DNA of 63,970 bases, filler included, from Circinaria calcarea (Eukaryota), in assembly GCA_051942165.1 (NCBI GenBank). It is 6 parts of 6 records of this genome, joined end to end, with 100 filler letters (N's around TTAATTAATTAA, not from the genome) between each part and the next. Parts side by side here need not be neighbours in the genome. Positions count along the whole stretch, not along the records: positions 54,246 to 63,970 come from JAVECS010000892.1; 5 more parts are not named here. One strand, given 5' to 3'. Below the pieces are notes generated by a model. The model was not told the origin of the DNA. It did not search any database and worked only from the letters and a program-made list of their open reading frames with translations. Numbering within the stretch: position 1 is the first letter of the stretch; every line of letters begins with the position of its first letter. Both the position numbers and the translations under genes were made by a program. Positions 61,898 to 63,970 of the stretch are shown piece by piece.

Positions 61898-63970
61898 ATG
61901 GTGTATGACTGGGAGGGAAAGGAGCATCTGCTTCACGACCTGTACATTGTGAAGAACATGAGCCTCGAAGAGATTATGAGATTCATGAAAGATCAGCATG
62001 ATTTTGCACCAAGGTAAGCGGCGTCGCTTCTCGAGTCCATGGTCTGTTTGATGGTGATTGGAAAAGAGCTGCCCCGACTGATATCGAGCACTACGGCGCC
62101 CTGTTCTCCATTGCTGTATTGCCCTCGCCGCCTTTTTAACTGACCCTGTCCCCAAATTGCTGTATATATACCTTCATGGGCAGATGACTGTGCTTGTTGA
62201 AACACTGTGATTATTTCTCACCTTGGGAATCTGTTGTTGTTGCATGCACAGTTGAATGATGCATTCGAAACGTGCGAGGCTGAGTAAAAATGTTTACCTT
62301 ACAGCAAACGCGCATTTCAAACCCAGTTCAGACGTTGGGAGTTTCCTTCGAAGCAAAACCCCGCCCATCTCAACAAGCCTTTGGTCGATGCGATCAAGGG
62401 CTTGTGGGAGAGAAACCTTGGACAAAAGGAGATGTATCGAGTCCTGAACGAAGAGTTGGGGTTTGAGATCAACGAGCGCGAACTAATGCGGACTCGGACC
62501 AAGCTGGGTATGCTCATGCGTGTTCCCAACGGGACTAAGAACACATTCGAGGGCATTGGGAAAAGGGGATTCCACAACATCTCCACCGACACTGACGAGC
62601 AACTCCAAAACCCCTACGGGAACTTCACCCAAGCAGATTTCGAGGCCGACAGTATCCATCAACTTGTCTCTACTCAAGTTGACCAACCATCTAATGCCCA
62701 CAATCCGGCCAAAAGAACGAAGACATCCATGTCTCAGCCCAATCCACTCGTTGTCTCGCGGATCGGTCTTCCCGGCATGTCGGCTCGACCTCGAGCACCC
62801 ACTCCCGAGCTGGAGCCGGAAGTCATCGCCAAGAGAGCGGAGCGCCTCAAGCAGAAGCAGGAACAGAGTGAGGTGTTGTGGGCCCAGAAGAAGCGACGTC
62901 GTCGAACGCGTGACCGGGCCGGCTTGCCTGCCGACCCGCCATGTGCTCCTCGTTTCCCATCAGAGACCACCATCGATGAAGCTAAGCAGTTTCTACATTT
63001 GGACGACAACCTCTACCAACAGATGCGCAAGGACTTTACAAACATCTGCAACGAATTAGGGATTGTGAAGAAAACACTGGCTGGCCAGGAAGGCTGGAAA
63101 GCCGCAAAAGATCGGCTGATTCATGAAAGCCCACATTTGCATCACTATTGCTTGCTGCAACCGGCACCTGGTGGCGAAGGACGCGAGCTCCTTGCCGTTG
63201 ATATCATCTGTTCTGACGTGACGAAGAGGATCCGTACCCTTGAAAAGAAAATGACAATAGCGGAAGCGAAGAATGCAATAGGGATCAATCCAGAAGAAAG
63301 TCGCCAAATCCGTCGTGCATTCTATGATATCCTCAAAGCGGACCATTTCACCAGCAAGCTGGAGGCTGGAGAAGAACACTGGAAAGAGTTGAAGGAAAAA
63401 TGGGTGGCTGGGCTTCCTGTCCTCCAAGAAGTTTTGGCACCTGGTGATGCAGATCCACAGCACGGCCTCAAAGTCAAAGCAATAGAAATACTATGCCGGG
63501 ATGTTATGAAGCGTCTGCGTGATGATCAAGCGAAGCGGGACCCTAACCGTAAGCAGGGAGCCAAAGAGAGCGGGCCCAGTACGAATACCAAAACGAAAGC
63601 TAGAAGTGGCCCTTTTACAAACACTTCAAACAAAATTGACTCTGGTATGAGTGCTCTGGCATCTCGTGCACTAGCGACCGAACACAACATCTCTCTGGGA
63701 CAGCACTCTCCAGGTATCAACACGATGCCAACCCACGCCCTAGGCTCGGGAGGGAATATGGCCCCACATAGCGTCCAGCAAGATACATTTGCAGACTTTC
63801 AAATCGACCCCGAACTGCTCGCCAATCCGACAGGACCCTCACTCGGCATCAATCCACCCACGCACGAACAAATCCCCATCTACTTCCGCCTCTCCCCGCA
63901 CTCGCCTATCCAGGTCAATCCGAAAATCTGGCTCGCGACCATCAGCCGCTCCTCGATCAAAGACCTCGAG
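61898..63970 (+). CDS. Clr5-domain protein (runs off the window end)
   Basis: MVYDWEGKEHLLHDLYIVKNMSLEEIMRFMKDQHDFAP|SKRAFQTQFRRWEFPSK...; intron ~62014-62303, then an open frame to the window end (PRFPSETTIDEAK, LDIICSDVTKR). Confidence 0.85.

Overview
Eukaryotic DNA from a filamentous ascomycete (Pezizomycotina; short GT-AG introns with CTRAY branch points). The window is not one locus. Five identical 100-bp artificial linkers (N44-TTAATTAATTAA-N44) join six contigs of 10756, 10753, 10749, 10748, 10739 and >9.7 kb, apparently sorted by length, so synteny holds only within a contig. Contig 1: HSL-family lipase, RXT3, BTN1. Contig 2: LTR fragment, CENP-K-like gene, KH RNA-binding protein, BTB protein, ABM protein, Zn2Cys6 factor. 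Contig 3: cyanide hydratase, a MITE, a Pro-repeat membrane microprotein, a 5'-truncated Hsp70-like gene, a secreted double-psi beta-barrel protein. Contig 4: an NLR-like NACHT-associated/C2H2/ankyrin gene tail-to-tail (164 bp) with a RING-SNF2 helicase, a PAP2 pseudogene, a MITE, NOP15. Contig 5: F-box-like gene, several MITEs, SDR, FAD-oxidoreductase pseudogene, a (CTATG)n minisatellite, MFS transporter, LTR. Contig 6: beta-mannosidase, Mug135-like gene, xylitol dehydrogenase bracketed by two copies of one TA-flanked MITE, an unknown gene and a Clr5-domain gene. The best leads are the NLR-like/SNF2 gene pair and the MITE-XDH-MITE composite-transposon-like unit. Family calls come from motif recognition, not database searches; exon boundaries were read by eye.
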